Below, in pieces: positions 23,605 to 33,915 of a stretch of DNA of 64,000 bases. A program made the translations under genes and the position numbers. Every line of letters starts with the position of its first letter. Position 1 is the stretch's first letter. Origin of the DNA: a virus; the IMG/VR virus record IMGVR_UViG_3300002641_001608; one strand, 5' to 3'. The notes under the pieces are model-generated. The model was not told the origin of the DNA. It ran no database searches and saw nothing but the letters and a program-made list of their open reading frames with translations.

Positions 23605-24387
23605 ATGTATTATGGATGTAAAAAAGAAATAGATGATAAGCGTGATTATAAAATGTATGTGACTACAACAAAATCAGCTCATTATCCAGAAATGTATGAA
23701 ATATCAACTACTAATGTAAAAGACCAAGGTATTGTAAATTCTTGTGTAGCTCATACATTAGCATCTTTTTTAGAGGAAACATATAAAAATCAAAATCTTA
23801 GATTTTCTACAGGATTTATATATGGTTACAGACCTGCTGGATATACTATAGAAGAAGGAATGTATCCAAGAGATGCTATGAAAACATTGTTAAAAGTTGG
23901 AGATTGTTTAAAATCTGATTTTGATTACAATAGAGAAATGCCTCAAATAAAATTGTTAGTTGATGGTAATTTAGAAAATTTAAAACTATTAGCAGATAAA
24001 TATAGGATAAAATCTTATGCAAGAATATATACAAAACAAGACATATTAAAATGTTTATATAATGATATAACTGTTCCTGCATCAATTCCAATATATAATG
24101 ATTTGGCTATTGATAAGTTAACAAAAATAGTTAAGTCACCATCAGGAGAATGTCAAGGATATCATATGATACTACTTGTTGGATATAATGAACACGGATA
24201 TATTTTTCAGAATAGTTGGGGTAACAGTTGGGGAGAAAATGGTAGAGCAATATTACCATATGATTATAAACTTGATACTGCGTGGGCTATAGACACTGAA
24301 AGTAATAATATTCATACATATACAACAGTATGGCAGAAAATTTATAAATTGATATTACAAATTATTAATAAAATTAAAAATAAATAA
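23605..24387 (+). CDS. papain-like (C1) cysteine peptidase
   Basis: DQGIVNSCVAHTLASFLEE; GYHMILLVGYNEHGYIFQNSWGNSWGENG. Confidence 0.85.
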   Translation: MYYGCKKEIDDKRDYKMYVTTTKSAHYPEMYEISTTNVKDQGIVNSCVAHTLASFLEETYKNQNLRFSTGFIYGYRPAGYTIEEGMYPRDAMKTLLKVGDCLKSDFDYNREMPQIKLLVDGNLENLKLLADKYRIKSYARIYTKQDILKCLYNDITVPASIPIYNDLAIDKLTKIVKSPSGECQGYHMILLVGYNEHGYIFQNSWGNSWGENGRAILPYDYKLDTAWAIDTESNNIHTYTTVWQKIYKLILQIINKIKNK

Positions 24388-24415
24388 TGTAAAATATTAT
24401 TGGAGGTAGATTTAT

Positions 24416-25458
24416 ATGATAGATGTTATTATACCAGCATACAATAGTCAAGATACAATAATTAGAACATTGGCTAGTATTGCTATGCAACTTAACAGAG
24501 ATGAGTTAAAAGTTACTATCGTTAATGATGGTGGAAAGGATTACAAAGATATTGTAGACACATTTAGTAAAGTAATTGATGTAAGGGAAATCGGTTATGA
24601 AACAAATAGGGGTCCACGGTTATGCAAGACAATATGGAATAGATAATACAAAAGAAGATTTCATAACATTCATAGATGCAGATGATACATTTTATGAAGC
24701 TTGTTCTTTAAGTTTATTATCTAAACCTATTAAAGATACATCAACTAAATTTGTTATAAGTCCATTTATACAAATAGGTAAAAATTGTGAACAAGCCCCT
24801 ATGAATGCAAATCTTGTATGGGTATTTGGACATATTTACAGAAGAAGCTTTTTACAACAACATAATATTAGATTTACATCTACAAGAAGTAATGAAGATG
24901 TTGGATTTAATACAATGTGCAATTTAATTGCACAAAATGATATGGGTGTAGAGGGTGGTAAAATACTTTCAGCTGCGACATATGAATGGCATTATAATGA
25001 AGCAAGTATAACACGTAGAGGTAAAGATGAGTATGAATATGGTATTTGTACACCTCGGTTATATTTACAATTTACATAGTGCATATAATGTAGCACAAAG
25101 AGAAGGTGTTCCTTTAAAAAGTATAGCACCAAGTGCATTAGAAACAGCATTTAGTTGTTTTATATATTATAATGTAGCATTAGCAAAAGAAGTTCCAGCT
25201 GAAACACTATCAGCAATAGAAGAATTAAGTAGAAAATTCTATTACGATTATTACAAACAAATACAAGAGTATATAAGTAAAGATGAATATAAACAAATGT
25301 ATACAAACTCTTATAATAGTAAGGGTACGCATTTACAAGGAATAATATTTAAACAAACATTAGACCAATTCATTGAATTAATGTTCAGTAAGCCTGTTAA
25401 TGAAACAACTTATGAACAACTTGAAGCTAGTGTGCAGACCGTTGCTGAGAACTTATAA
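24416..25458 (+). CDS. family 2-like glycosyltransferase, two +1 shifts at CGG 24617 and 25056
   Basis: MIDVIIPAYNSQDTIIRTLASIAMQ...NRGP-(C)-GYARQYGIDNTKEDFITFIDADD...GICTP-(C)-GYIYNLHSAYNVAQREG. Confidence 0.85.
24617..24619 (+). other. in-frame CGG +1 shift site (CCA CGG U)
   Basis: Restores glycosyltransferase NRGPGYAR. Confidence 0.95.
25056..25058 (+). other. in-frame CGG +1 shift site (CCU CGG U)
   Basis: Joins ORF 24597 and ORF 25027. Confidence 0.92.
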
Positions 25459-25484
25459 GTTCTCCCTGCTAAGCATCGGGTGTG

Positions 25485-25514
25485 AATAGACGGGAGGACC
25501 GTCTATTTTTTATT
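25485..25514 (+). terminator. rho-independent terminator
   Basis: tagacgg-gagga-ccgtcta then tttttta. Confidence 0.85.
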
Positions 25515-25541
25515 TTAGTAAAATAATATTAGGAGGTAATT

Positions 25542-26171
25542 ATGTCGAAATCAATATTAGAAAGTAAAAAATATATACCTTGGGTATTGAGACAAAGTAG
25601 AGATGTACAAGCTTTATGTAAAACATTAGATTTATTATTAAATGATTATAAAACAAATGTAGATTATTGGGTTTCTTTGATAGATTTTGATACTTGTCCT
25701 AATGAATTATTACCTTGTCTAGCGAGTTATGTTGGATATAAATATGATTATGCTGAGAGTTATGATACAAATAGATTAATTATAAAACATTACCCAGAAA
25801 TGATACGATTAAGAGGTTCAGAAATTGGAATGGCATTAGCAACTGCATTATCTGTTAATGCATTAGGAGATATAGATAAAGTTGAGGCACTTGCAATGTT
25901 TAGATTTAGATATGTAAAAGGTGAACATAAATTATATATTTATATTTATTTTCCATCTAATTTAAGCAAAATACGTGATTTGATTGAAGTAGTTAGACCT
26001 GCTGGATGTGGTGTACAACTTGTAGCAGCTGAAATAATTAATACAGTTGATGGAATTCAGATAAGTGACTATGTAGACCCTAAGACATATGCTTATGATA
26101 TAACAAGATATAGCGTTGATGCACAAGATAAAGTAGGCTTCTCTGAAGTAACAAATGATGATAGAAAATAG
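25542..26171 (+). CDS. P2 gpI-like tail protein
   Basis: FDTCPNELLPCLASYVGY...GSEIGMALAT. Confidence 0.65.
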   Translation: MSKSILESKKYIPWVLRQSRDVQALCKTLDLLLNDYKTNVDYWVSLIDFDTCPNELLPCLASYVGYKYDYAESYDTNRLIIKHYPEMIRLRGSEIGMALATALSVNALGDIDKVEALAMFRFRYVKGEHKLYIYIYFPSNLSKIRDLIEVVRPAGCGVQLVAAEIINTVDGIQISDYVDPKTYAYDITRYSVDAQDKVGFSEVTNDDRK

Positions 26172-26187
26172 TTATTAATTATATTAT

Positions 26188-26373
26188 ATGGAGGTAGTTA
26201 ATATGTGTAATAATAATTGTAGTTGCAAAAAAGAAAGTTTAAGTAAAGAGGATTTACTGCATTATTCATTCTATGATGATGATGGTAAGGTTATAGCAGT
26301 TATACACGAGGATGTATTAAAGGAGTTTTTAGATGCAGACAAAGTAATTTTTAATGAGATAGAACATAAATAA
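26188..26373 (+). CDS. small hypothetical protein
   Basis: Open frame with GGAGG RBS. Confidence 0.5.
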   Translation: MEVVNMCNNNCSCKKESLSKEDLLHYSFYDDDGKVIAVIHEDVLKEFLDADKVIFNEIEHK

Positions 26374-26386
26374 TGGAGGTTAAATA

Positions 26387-27226
26387 ATGGGAACATTAAA
26401 GACACACGATGGTGCCTTTAAAATAGGTGTCAACGTAGATATTAAGGGAATTGATAAAAATACAGGTGAAGTAAAAATACATAGAAGAGGACATAATAGA
26501 TGTTTAAAACTACAGCTTGTAGGTATAGCTAAATTTCTAGATGGTGTATTCAATGAAAGTAACCCTACTGCAACATATTATAATTGGATACCAAGATATT
26601 TAGCATTAGGAACAAATATCGCTGCATATGATAGTGGTGGTAGAGTAACTACTACCGTTAATATAAATGATACAAAGCTATTAAATGAAATAAGTCCTAG
26701 AATTAAGTTACCTGAAAGAAATACAGTTATTAATAGAAGCAATCAGAGTTATGTTCAATTAGTTATTAATACATATATACCTGAAACTGAGTATAATGGT
26801 CAAACAATTAGAGAAGCTGGTTTATTTAGCAAAGCTACAGGTAATAACTGTTTATTTAGAATTGTATTTGATGATATAACAAAAACTGAAGATATAGTAT
26901 TAGAAGTTAATTGGGTAATAAGCATCATATCTATTGATAGCAATAATCAACCTTATGAGGAAGTTGACAAGACAGATTTATGGAACTCTATGGAATTATT
27001 AATAAATAGATTTGGAGAAGTTGCTCCTGATATTAATACATACTGTACTCATTTAAAAAATGCCATAAAAGAATATGCAAGACTAGATAGTTCTGAAACA
27101 TCTGTTGAAACCCAAAGATTTATTATATCAGGTGATTATGCTTCTATGGCTGATTGGGATGTAATAGGTGTATCTCAAGAAATGTTGGATAAAGTTGATG
27201 ATATTAATGGAGAAATAATTGGGTAA
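26387..27226 (+). CDS. tail/fibre-associated hypothetical protein
   Basis: ORF with RBS, RGHNRCLKLQLVG. Confidence 0.4.
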   Translation: MGTLKTHDGAFKIGVNVDIKGIDKNTGEVKIHRRGHNRCLKLQLVGIAKFLDGVFNESNPTATYYNWIPRYLALGTNIAAYDSGGRVTTTVNINDTKLLNEISPRIKLPERNTVINRSNQSYVQLVINTYIPETEYNGQTIREAGLFSKATGNNCLFRIVFDDITKTEDIVLEVNWVISIISIDSNNQPYEEVDKTDLWNSMELLINRFGEVAPDINTYCTHLKNAIKEYARLDSSETSVETQRFIISGDYASMADWDVIGVSQEMLDKVDDINGEIIG

Positions 27227-27281
27227 CCCATTTACAAATTTTTAATACTATGATATACTTTTATGATATTGGAGGTATATT

Positions 27282-27854
27282 ATGGAAGAAAAAGATGTAA
27301 CATTTAATTTAGTAACTAATAAAAATGAAGAAGTATATATAACATCAGACATAGATGATTGTCCAGACTATTTATCCATTCAAGAAAAAGCACTTATTGC
27401 TTCAAGATTATATGCAAGTAGTATGATGGATATCATAAATAATATTATGCAAAGTAATGATGTTGAAGAAGATGAGTACATAGATAAAATAGCAGAAGGA
27501 TTAAATAGTTTTAGTTTAGATATGGTTAAAGTTATATTAAATGGTGCACATAATTGTATCAGACAATGTGAGGATTTACCACCTGAAAATATTGAATGTA
27601 GTATACATACATATTCAGTATATCAAAAAGTTGGTAATAAAAATTTATATGGACCTGAACAAACACTACATTCTGATGACTTAAATATATTGGACCCATT
27701 ACAAGCTGGGTATTCATTTATATTAGATGTTTTAGAGAATATGCTACAATTTGAACAAAAACCTAAAGTTAAAGAACTTTTAATAGAAAGTATTACAGCT
27801 ATACTTAAAGATTGTTTGGATTTTATAGATGAATATGAAATAGAGCAAGAATAA
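27282..27854 (+). CDS. hypothetical protein
   Basis: ORF with RBS. Confidence 0.6.
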   Translation: MEEKDVTFNLVTNKNEEVYITSDIDDCPDYLSIQEKALIASRLYASSMMDIINNIMQSNDVEEDEYIDKIAEGLNSFSLDMVKVILNGAHNCIRQCEDLPPENIECSIHTYSVYQKVGNKNLYGPEQTLHSDDLNILDPLQAGYSFILDVLENMLQFEQKPKVKELLIESITAILKDCLDFIDEYEIEQE

Positions 27855-27882
27855 TTTTAAATTATTCTTGTTTTTATTTTAT
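27846..27882 (+). terminator. terminator-like hairpin
   Basis: caagaataattt-taaattattcttg then tttttatttt. Confidence 0.8.
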
Positions 27883-27955
27883 AAATTAAGTAAAATATTA
27901 GAGAGGTAGATTTTTTTTGTTTGCCTTAATAAATTTGTAGGAGGTAAGATATACG

Positions 27956-28417
27956 ATGCAAATTACTAAGAAAGACATTATACAAAAATTGTATGAAATT
28001 GAAGAAAAAACTGGGGAAAAAGTAGGTAGAGAGGTACAAAAGGTAGTAAGAAGCGAAAATATACCGATAGATGTAATAAGATTAATAAATGATTATGATA
28101 AAGACTTCTTGAAAATATATGATACCTACAATATTATATATAATTCCAGAAATAAAAATCCACTGTATAGAAATTTAAGAAATAAAGATTTGGAAATACC
28201 TGAATTAGCTATAGCTTTAAGTTCTTTAGTTACTAAAATATTAATATCTTGTAGTAAGATTGCTGATGAGAAAGAGAGACAATTATTTGCTACTGCTATG
28301 GGAATAGAAGAGTTAAATGATGCTATAGATGACTACATTTTAAATGATGATGCCATTGCACTAGTACAATGTGGTAAACAAGTAAGAGAATTACTTCAAT
28401 TATTATATACAAATTAG
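27956..28417 (+). CDS. hypothetical protein
   Basis: ORF. Confidence 0.6.
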   Translation: MQITKKDIIQKLYEIEEKTGEKVGREVQKVVRSENIPIDVIRLINDYDKDFLKIYDTYNIIYNSRNKNPLYRNLRNKDLEIPELAIALSSLVTKILISCSKIADEKERQLFATAMGIEELNDAIDDYILNDDAIALVQCGKQVRELLQLLYTN

Positions 28418-28585
28418 GGGGTTTATATATGTATATGTTTATATTATTTATAATATTTATTTATATAACTACAGGTATAATTAAAAATATATTATATATT
28501 ATTGACTACTGTGACAGGAAAACAGAAAAACAAAATGAAGAATTAAAACAAAGATTAAGAAAATTAAGCTAGGAGGAATTAATTA

Positions 28586-30469
28586 ATGGGAATGTTTGAT
28601 AGATTAAGAGAAAGCATTTTTAGAGTTAGAGCTGTACCTAAACAAACTCCTGAGGATGTTACAACATTTACAGATGAGCGTAATAGTTTAACTACTAGAA
28701 TAAATGAAGCAATTGATGCAGGCAAACGAATTGATTTAACTGAACTTCTTAGTATAACAACACTAAAAGGTAACAGAAATCAAAAATATGCTGCATTTGA
28801 AGAAATGGTAGCAGATGGTAGAATAGGTGCGGCTGTTGAAATGTATGCAAATGATGCTGTTCAGTATAATCACGATGGTAAAGTTGTATGGGCTGAAAGT
28901 TCTAATACAGATGTAGCAAAATATGTTAATAAATTATTAGAAGACTTAAACATACCTGAAAATTTATGGTCTTGGGCATATTGCTTATGTTTGTATGGCG
29001 ATGTGTATCTTGAAACATTTGATAATACATCTTATAGAGGTACTAAACCAACTTTATTAGTTGAGCCTACAAAAGTAAATCCTAGTGTTAGAACTCAAGT
29101 GCCTATTGAAGGAGCTAAACTTGAGAGATATGTTGAAAAAGTGCCAAATCCAGCAGAAGTATATGATTTACAATTTAAAGGTAAGACATCTGGATTTATT
29201 AGAAGTGTTAATGATGATTTACAAAATACATTTGATAATAATACATATTTGTACTCTGGGATGACTACAGATATAAATATATTAAGTCCTACTAAATATG
29301 TTCATATTTGTCTGTCGCCAAATATAAATAGATTTCCTGAAAAATTTAGGTTAATCAAAGAGACTGAAGCTGAAAAAACAGATGACAAAGGTAGAATTGA
29401 TGTTAGTAATACCGAAGGTTCTGCTGGTGGAAGTTCTTTGTCTTTTACAGTAAAGACAGGTCAATCAATACTAGAAAATGTATATGGTGCATATCAAACA
29501 CTTAAATTAAAAGAAGAAAGTGTTTTATTGGAGAGAGTAACAAAATCATCTATCACAAGAGTAATACAGGTTGAATTAGGTGATTTGCCAGAAAGTCAAA
29601 AGAAACGAAAATTAACAGAAATTAAACAACAGATAGAACAACAACTTATCTTAAATAAACAAGCAGGTTCTATCCAAAGTAGAAGTGGTGCACAACCTAT
29701 AGAAAACATTATATATACAACTACTAAAAATGGTAAAGGAGCTATAAGCACAGTTAACATTGGTGGAGATGTTGACATTGGAGATTTAGCTGATGTCGAA
29801 GATAGTGAGAATAAAGTATATGGTTCTTTATTAGTACCAAAGGCTTTACTAGGTGCTGATATGGATGGTAGTGGATTATCTAATGGTGGCTCATTAACAG
29901 AAATGAATACAACATATGCTAGACGTATAAAAAGAATACAAGTTGCACTATGTTCAGGAATAAGAACATTAGTAAATATATTTGCATTGGCTGAGGGTCT
30001 TGGTGAAAATGTCATAGGAAATTTTGATATAAAACTAACTCCTATTATTACAGTTGAAGATAATAGACGTGATGAATTAATGCAAAATAAAATCAGAAAT
30101 GTTAATGATATGCTTAGTCTTGTACAAAATATTGAAGCTATTGATGATACAACTAAATTAAATATGATAATAGAGTGGTTAAGTTCATATTTAAATCAAC
30201 AAGATATTGTTGATATATTAAATGAAAGAATAAAAGAACTTGATGAAGAGGATAAATCTATTGATGAAATGGATGACAATGATGATAAACCATCAGATAT
30301 GTCTAGTGGAGGAATGCCACCACATTCTTTGGGAGCTCCAGATATAAATATCAATAATATAGAAACAGATGATACTACACCTGAAGCAGAAACAGGTGAA
30401 GAAACATCAGCTCCAGAATTAGCCCCACAAGTTGATTTAGCTGATATAGAAGGACAAGATTTAGTATAA
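28586..30469 (+). CDS. portal vertex protein (gp20-like)
   Basis: 627 aa, R..LYRDRIRV-type organisation: AVEMYANDAVQYNHDGKVVWAESS...SFLKRIQV-like ARRIKRIQVALCSGIRTLV. Confidence 0.75.
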   Translation: MGMFDRLRESIFRVRAVPKQTPEDVTTFTDERNSLTTRINEAIDAGKRIDLTELLSITTLKGNRNQKYAAFEEMVADGRIGAAVEMYANDAVQYNHDGKVVWAESSNTDVAKYVNKLLEDLNIPENLWSWAYCLCLYGDVYLETFDNTSYRGTKPTLLVEPTKVNPSVRTQVPIEGAKLERYVEKVPNPAEVYDLQFKGKTSGFIRSVNDDLQNTFDNNTYLYSGMTTDINILSPTKYVHICLSPNINRFPEKFRLIKETEAEKTDDKGRIDVSNTEGSAGGSSLSFTVKTGQSILENVYGAYQTLKLKEESVLLERVTKSSITRVIQVELGDLPESQKKRKLTEIKQQIEQQLILNKQAGSIQSRSGAQPIENIIYTTTKNGKGAISTVNIGGDVDIGDLADVEDSENKVYGSLLVPKALLGADMDGSGLSNGGSLTEMNTTYARRIKRIQVALCSGIRTLVNIFALAEGLGENVIGNFDIKLTPIITVEDNRRDELMQNKIRNVNDMLSLVQNIEAIDDTTKLNMIIEWLSSYLNQQDIVDILNERIKELDEEDKSIDEMDDNDDKPSDMSSGGMPPHSLGAPDININNIETDDTTPEAETGEETSAPELAPQVDLADIEGQDLV

Positions 30470-30540
30470 TTTAGATGATACCGACACAAATGTTGGTATC
30501 ATTCTTTTTGAATTGTAAAATATTAATGGAGATGATTTAT

Positions 30541-30711
30541 ATGGCACAAAATACTTGTTTAAATTGTACTAAAAGATATAATGGATGTCACAGTTTTTGT
30601 GAGGACTACAAGCTATATAAAGGGTATCTAGATAGAATTAGAAAGAAAAAAGAGTTAGAACAAATAGTTCCAACTCATAGTAAAAGGAGAAGGGTATATG
30701 GAAGAAAATAA
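30541..30711 (+). CDS. small Cys-rich protein
   Basis: MAQNTCLNCTKRYNGCHSFCEDYK. Confidence 0.55.
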   Translation: MAQNTCLNCTKRYNGCHSFCEDYKLYKGYLDRIRKKKELEQIVPTHSKRRRVYGRK

Positions 30712-30916
30712 TTTAAAAGAACAAGTACAAAAAGTAGTAGACCAATTAACTATAGTAAAGGATGAATTCATTAAAAACAAAGAAGAACTTGCTGTATCTA
30801 TAAGAAAAGATGTAGTAGTGGCTGAATTGAGAGGCTTATTAGATATACATAAAGACTATAATTCTTTATGTAATGCAATAAGGGTATATATAGAAAATTT
30901 ATTAAACTTGGAGTAG
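30698..30916 (+). CDS. small coiled-coil hypothetical protein
   Basis: ORF. Confidence 0.5.
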   Translation: MEENNLKEQVQKVVDQLTIVKDEFIKNKEELAVSIRKDVVVAELRGLLDIHKDYNSLCNAIRVYIENLLNLE

Positions 30917-30922
30917 TAGTAA

Positions 30923-31087
30923 ATGGATATTAATAACAAAACAACATATAATAGATGTATATGTGAATGGTGTACAAAGAAAGATATATGTGATAAAGAT
31001 AGGTTTATTGTAAATAATGTTTATGACAAGATATCTATGCGTTGTGCTAGTTATGAATATAATAGAATTCCAGAAAAAATTATTTAA
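30923..31087 (+). CDS. small Cys-rich hypothetical protein
   Basis: MDINNKTTYNRCICEWCTKKDICDKDRF... Confidence 0.45.
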   Translation: MDINNKTTYNRCICEWCTKKDICDKDRFIVNNVYDKISMRCASYEYNRIPEKII

Positions 31088-31151
31088 ATTTAATAATTTG
31101 TTGAAAAATTAGTTTCGATTTGAGGTATACTATATTAGGAGGTAAACTTAA

Positions 31152-31733
31152 ATGGGAACTAATTATTTTTTAATTCGTAAGCAAGATAATGCTGTTGCAA
31201 ATAAACTATGGGATGCTAGAAATGTGGTTATAAATAATACAAATTTTGTTACACTTCTAGAACCAATCATTAAAGAGCTTTTTAAAGAGCCTATTAGAAT
31301 TGCAAATGAAAACAATTTTGATATAATACAAAATAGATTTGATGATGGATTGCACGAAACTATACAGCGTTTAGCATCTTATATCCAATATGATTTAAGC
31401 TATGTATTCGACATCAGAGAACATAGAGGTGTACATATTGGTAAAAGTTCAGCTGGATGGTTGTTTAATTTTCAAGACCAAGATATAGTACAAGATGATG
31501 TACATATTAAGTGGCACTCATATGAAGATGTTATGTCATTTTTAGAAGAGTGGGTAGAAAATAAAAAGATATTTACTATCATAGATGAGTATGATAGAGA
31601 AATATCATATCCAGAATTTAAAGATTTTGTGGATACAAAACAATCAGACCCACATAATTTAGAGAACCCTGATAATTTTACATATAGTCGTAATGTTAAT
31701 GGGTATAGATTTAGTGAAGGAGATTTTAGTTAG
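31152..31733 (+). CDS. hypothetical protein
   Basis: 193-aa ORF with AGGAGG RBS. Confidence 0.65.
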   Translation: MGTNYFLIRKQDNAVANKLWDARNVVINNTNFVTLLEPIIKELFKEPIRIANENNFDIIQNRFDDGLHETIQRLASYIQYDLSYVFDIREHRGVHIGKSSAGWLFNFQDQDIVQDDVHIKWHSYEDVMSFLEEWVENKKIFTIIDEYDREISYPEFKDFVDTKQSDPHNLENPDNFTYSRNVNGYRFSEGDFS

Positions 31734-31744
31734 GAGGTATTTAA

Positions 31745-32026
31745 ATGATAGAATTATCACAAGAACAATTATTAGCTTTACACGAAAAAGCAAAATTAAT
31801 AGAATTAAAACCTGTAATATCATCTAATATAGGTGGTATGGGGTATGACCCTGAAAATAAATTACTTAAAGTGGCATTTAAAACAAAAACAGGTAGTAAT
31901 GTATATTTATATGAAGGTGTAGAACAAGAAATATATGATAGTTTATATCAAGCTGAAAGTATTGGTAAAAAATTAAATGAAAGTATAATAAGACAAAAAG
32001 ATAAATATAATTATATTAAATTATAA
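31745..32026 (+). CDS. KTSC-domain protein
   Basis: MGYDPENKLLKVAFKTKTGSNVYLYEGVEQEIYDSL. Confidence 0.65.
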   Translation: MIELSQEQLLALHEKAKLIELKPVISSNIGGMGYDPENKLLKVAFKTKTGSNVYLYEGVEQEIYDSLYQAESIGKKLNESIIRQKDKYNYIKL

Positions 32027-32029
32027 ATT

Positions 32030-32096
32030 ATTGCACTCTAATTTAACTGAAAATAAAATTTAAGACATTTAAAGTTGATTAGAGTGTAATTTTATT
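32030..32096 (+). terminator. long inverted repeat, possible terminator
   Basis: attgcactctaa...ttagagtgtaat-tttatt. Confidence 0.5.
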
Positions 32097-32120
32097 AAAT
32101 TACAAATTTGGAGGTTTAAA

Positions 32121-33197
32121 ATGGATTTAAAGTTTAATAGATTACTTATAATGGATTTTTCGCACGCACTGCATCGTTCCATTGCACAACCAAATTTATG
32201 GGAAATGCGAGATAGTTATGGCAGACGTACTGGTGGTATATACGGTTCAATGAATACACTACTTAAAGAAAGTTCAACATACAACTATTTTCCAGTAGCA
32301 GTATTTGATGGTCATTTATCACAAAGAAGATTATCCATATATGATAATTATAAAAGACATAAGGATAAATTATTATTAACAGAAGCTGTAAATAATATGA
32401 CAGAGCTGGAATTATTACAACAAGAACAAAGAGCTGAATATAACACACAAAGAGAAATAGTTAAAGATTTATTGAGTGCATTTGGTATACCTGTAATACA
32501 TTTAGAAGATTGGGAAGGGGATGACCTAATATATATTCTAACAAAATTATCTAAAGATAGTATTATAGTATCTGATGATAAGGATATGCTACAAATGATT
32601 TGTGATACACCTGAACGTAGGTGTAGGGTACGCAGAGGTATGAGAGATGAATTTTGGGATATAAATACTTTAAAAGAAAAAGGTATAGACCAAAATGAAT
32701 TTATAGCTTGTAAAGCAATAGTAGGTGACCCATCGGATAATATACCAACAGCTTGTTTTGGTGTTGGTGAAAAAACAGCATTAGGTTTATATAAATTATA
32801 TTGTGAGTGTACAGAGCAAGGTACACCATTTCCAATGGATGAAAAACAATTAGCTTTTTGTAGTAAAACGTTTAATACACCAAAAAGAAAAGCTTATCTA
32901 AATTTTGATGAAAATCAATTTTATACAAATGTATTATTGATGGATTTAAGATTGGTAGAAAATGATATTAATGATACTGTTATAGAACAAATAAGTAATT
33001 GTATCACTGAAAGGGAAAAATATTTTGATACAGATGATGCTCGTGCAATTTTAAATAGTTTAAATATAGAAACGTTTAATACGACTGGACTTATTAATAA
33101 CATAAATAGAACCAAACCATTTATATTTATAGACAGCTATAATCCAGATGAAAAAATTTTAGATACAACAACACCACTAATTGGAAGACTTTTCTAA
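32121..33197 (+). CDS. 5'-3' exonuclease/FEN-like nuclease
   Basis: LIMDFSHALHRS...DDLIYILTKLSKDSIIVSDDKDMLQM...GDPSDNIPTACFGVGEKTALGLY. Confidence 0.8.
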   Translation: MDLKFNRLLIMDFSHALHRSIAQPNLWEMRDSYGRRTGGIYGSMNTLLKESSTYNYFPVAVFDGHLSQRRLSIYDNYKRHKDKLLLTEAVNNMTELELLQQEQRAEYNTQREIVKDLLSAFGIPVIHLEDWEGDDLIYILTKLSKDSIIVSDDKDMLQMICDTPERRCRVRRGMRDEFWDINTLKEKGIDQNEFIACKAIVGDPSDNIPTACFGVGEKTALGLYKLYCECTEQGTPFPMDEKQLAFCSKTFNTPKRKAYLNFDENQFYTNVLLMDLRLVENDINDTVIEQISNCITEREKYFDTDDARAILNSLNIETFNTTGLINNINRTKPFIFIDSYNPDEKILDTTTPLIGRLF

Positions 33198-33239
33198 AAT
33201 TCTAAAAAATATTTTCATAAAAATTTAAAAATTAGTATT

Positions 33240-33500
33240 GACATCTAAAAAATATTATGATATAAAATTTTATAACAAATAATTATATTGCCTTACCGAT
33301 ATTGGTAATATAATTCATATGAGATAAATCAAGTAAGTTACTTGGAGCTGTTGAAAGAAAACCAGCTTAACTTAAAGTTGAAATAATAACTCGGGGTTTA
33401 TACAGTATTAAAATTACGGTAAGATTTAAATACTGTATTGCACAGGGAAGTGAGTTGTGCCACTTCAATAAGAAAAACCCTCTAAGAGACCGTTAGATGG
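33240..33500 (+). ncRNA. structured non-coding region of unknown class
   Basis: No ORF; several stems: agctg..cagct, tacagtatt..aatactgta, gcaca..tgtgc. Confidence 0.5.
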
Positions 33501-33538
33501 AAAGCTGTTCACTATTGTGGAACAGCTTTTAATTTTTT
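33501..33538 (+). terminator. rho-independent terminator
   Basis: aaagctgttc-actattgtg-gaacagcttt then aatttttt. Confidence 0.9.
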
Positions 33539-33915
33539 CATCAAGGGGTTTTCAAGAAAAAGGGTTCTTCCCTTCTCCCCTTGCAACCCCTTAACCCAAT
33601 TCCCAAAAAGAACAACCCCCAGCAGCAGGAGCTGTACATATTATTTGTTAACATAAAATGTTAACAAATAATTACCATCCCTAATCTTCTTTATCAATAT
33701 ATTAAATCTTTACTAAAAATCCCATCTAATCATATTACTATCCTTTTTAGTGTTGTTGTCATTGCACTAAAGTGCAATGACCCTACCCCCAATTCCGATT
33801 TACCCCCTCCCATAAATTAAACTAAGATTAATTTTATTTAGATATTTACAAATTTTAAATTCTATGATAAACTATGTTAGAGGTATATAAAAAATTATTC
33901 AGGGAGTTGATTAAT

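Noticed and set aside
29596-30489. Minus-strand ORFs opposite the portal gene
   Set aside because: Antisense shadows of a strongly supported portal ORF.
33240-33540. Group I intron between nuclease and helicase genes
   Set aside because: Flanking genes are complete and unrelated; no evidence of exons being joined across the block.
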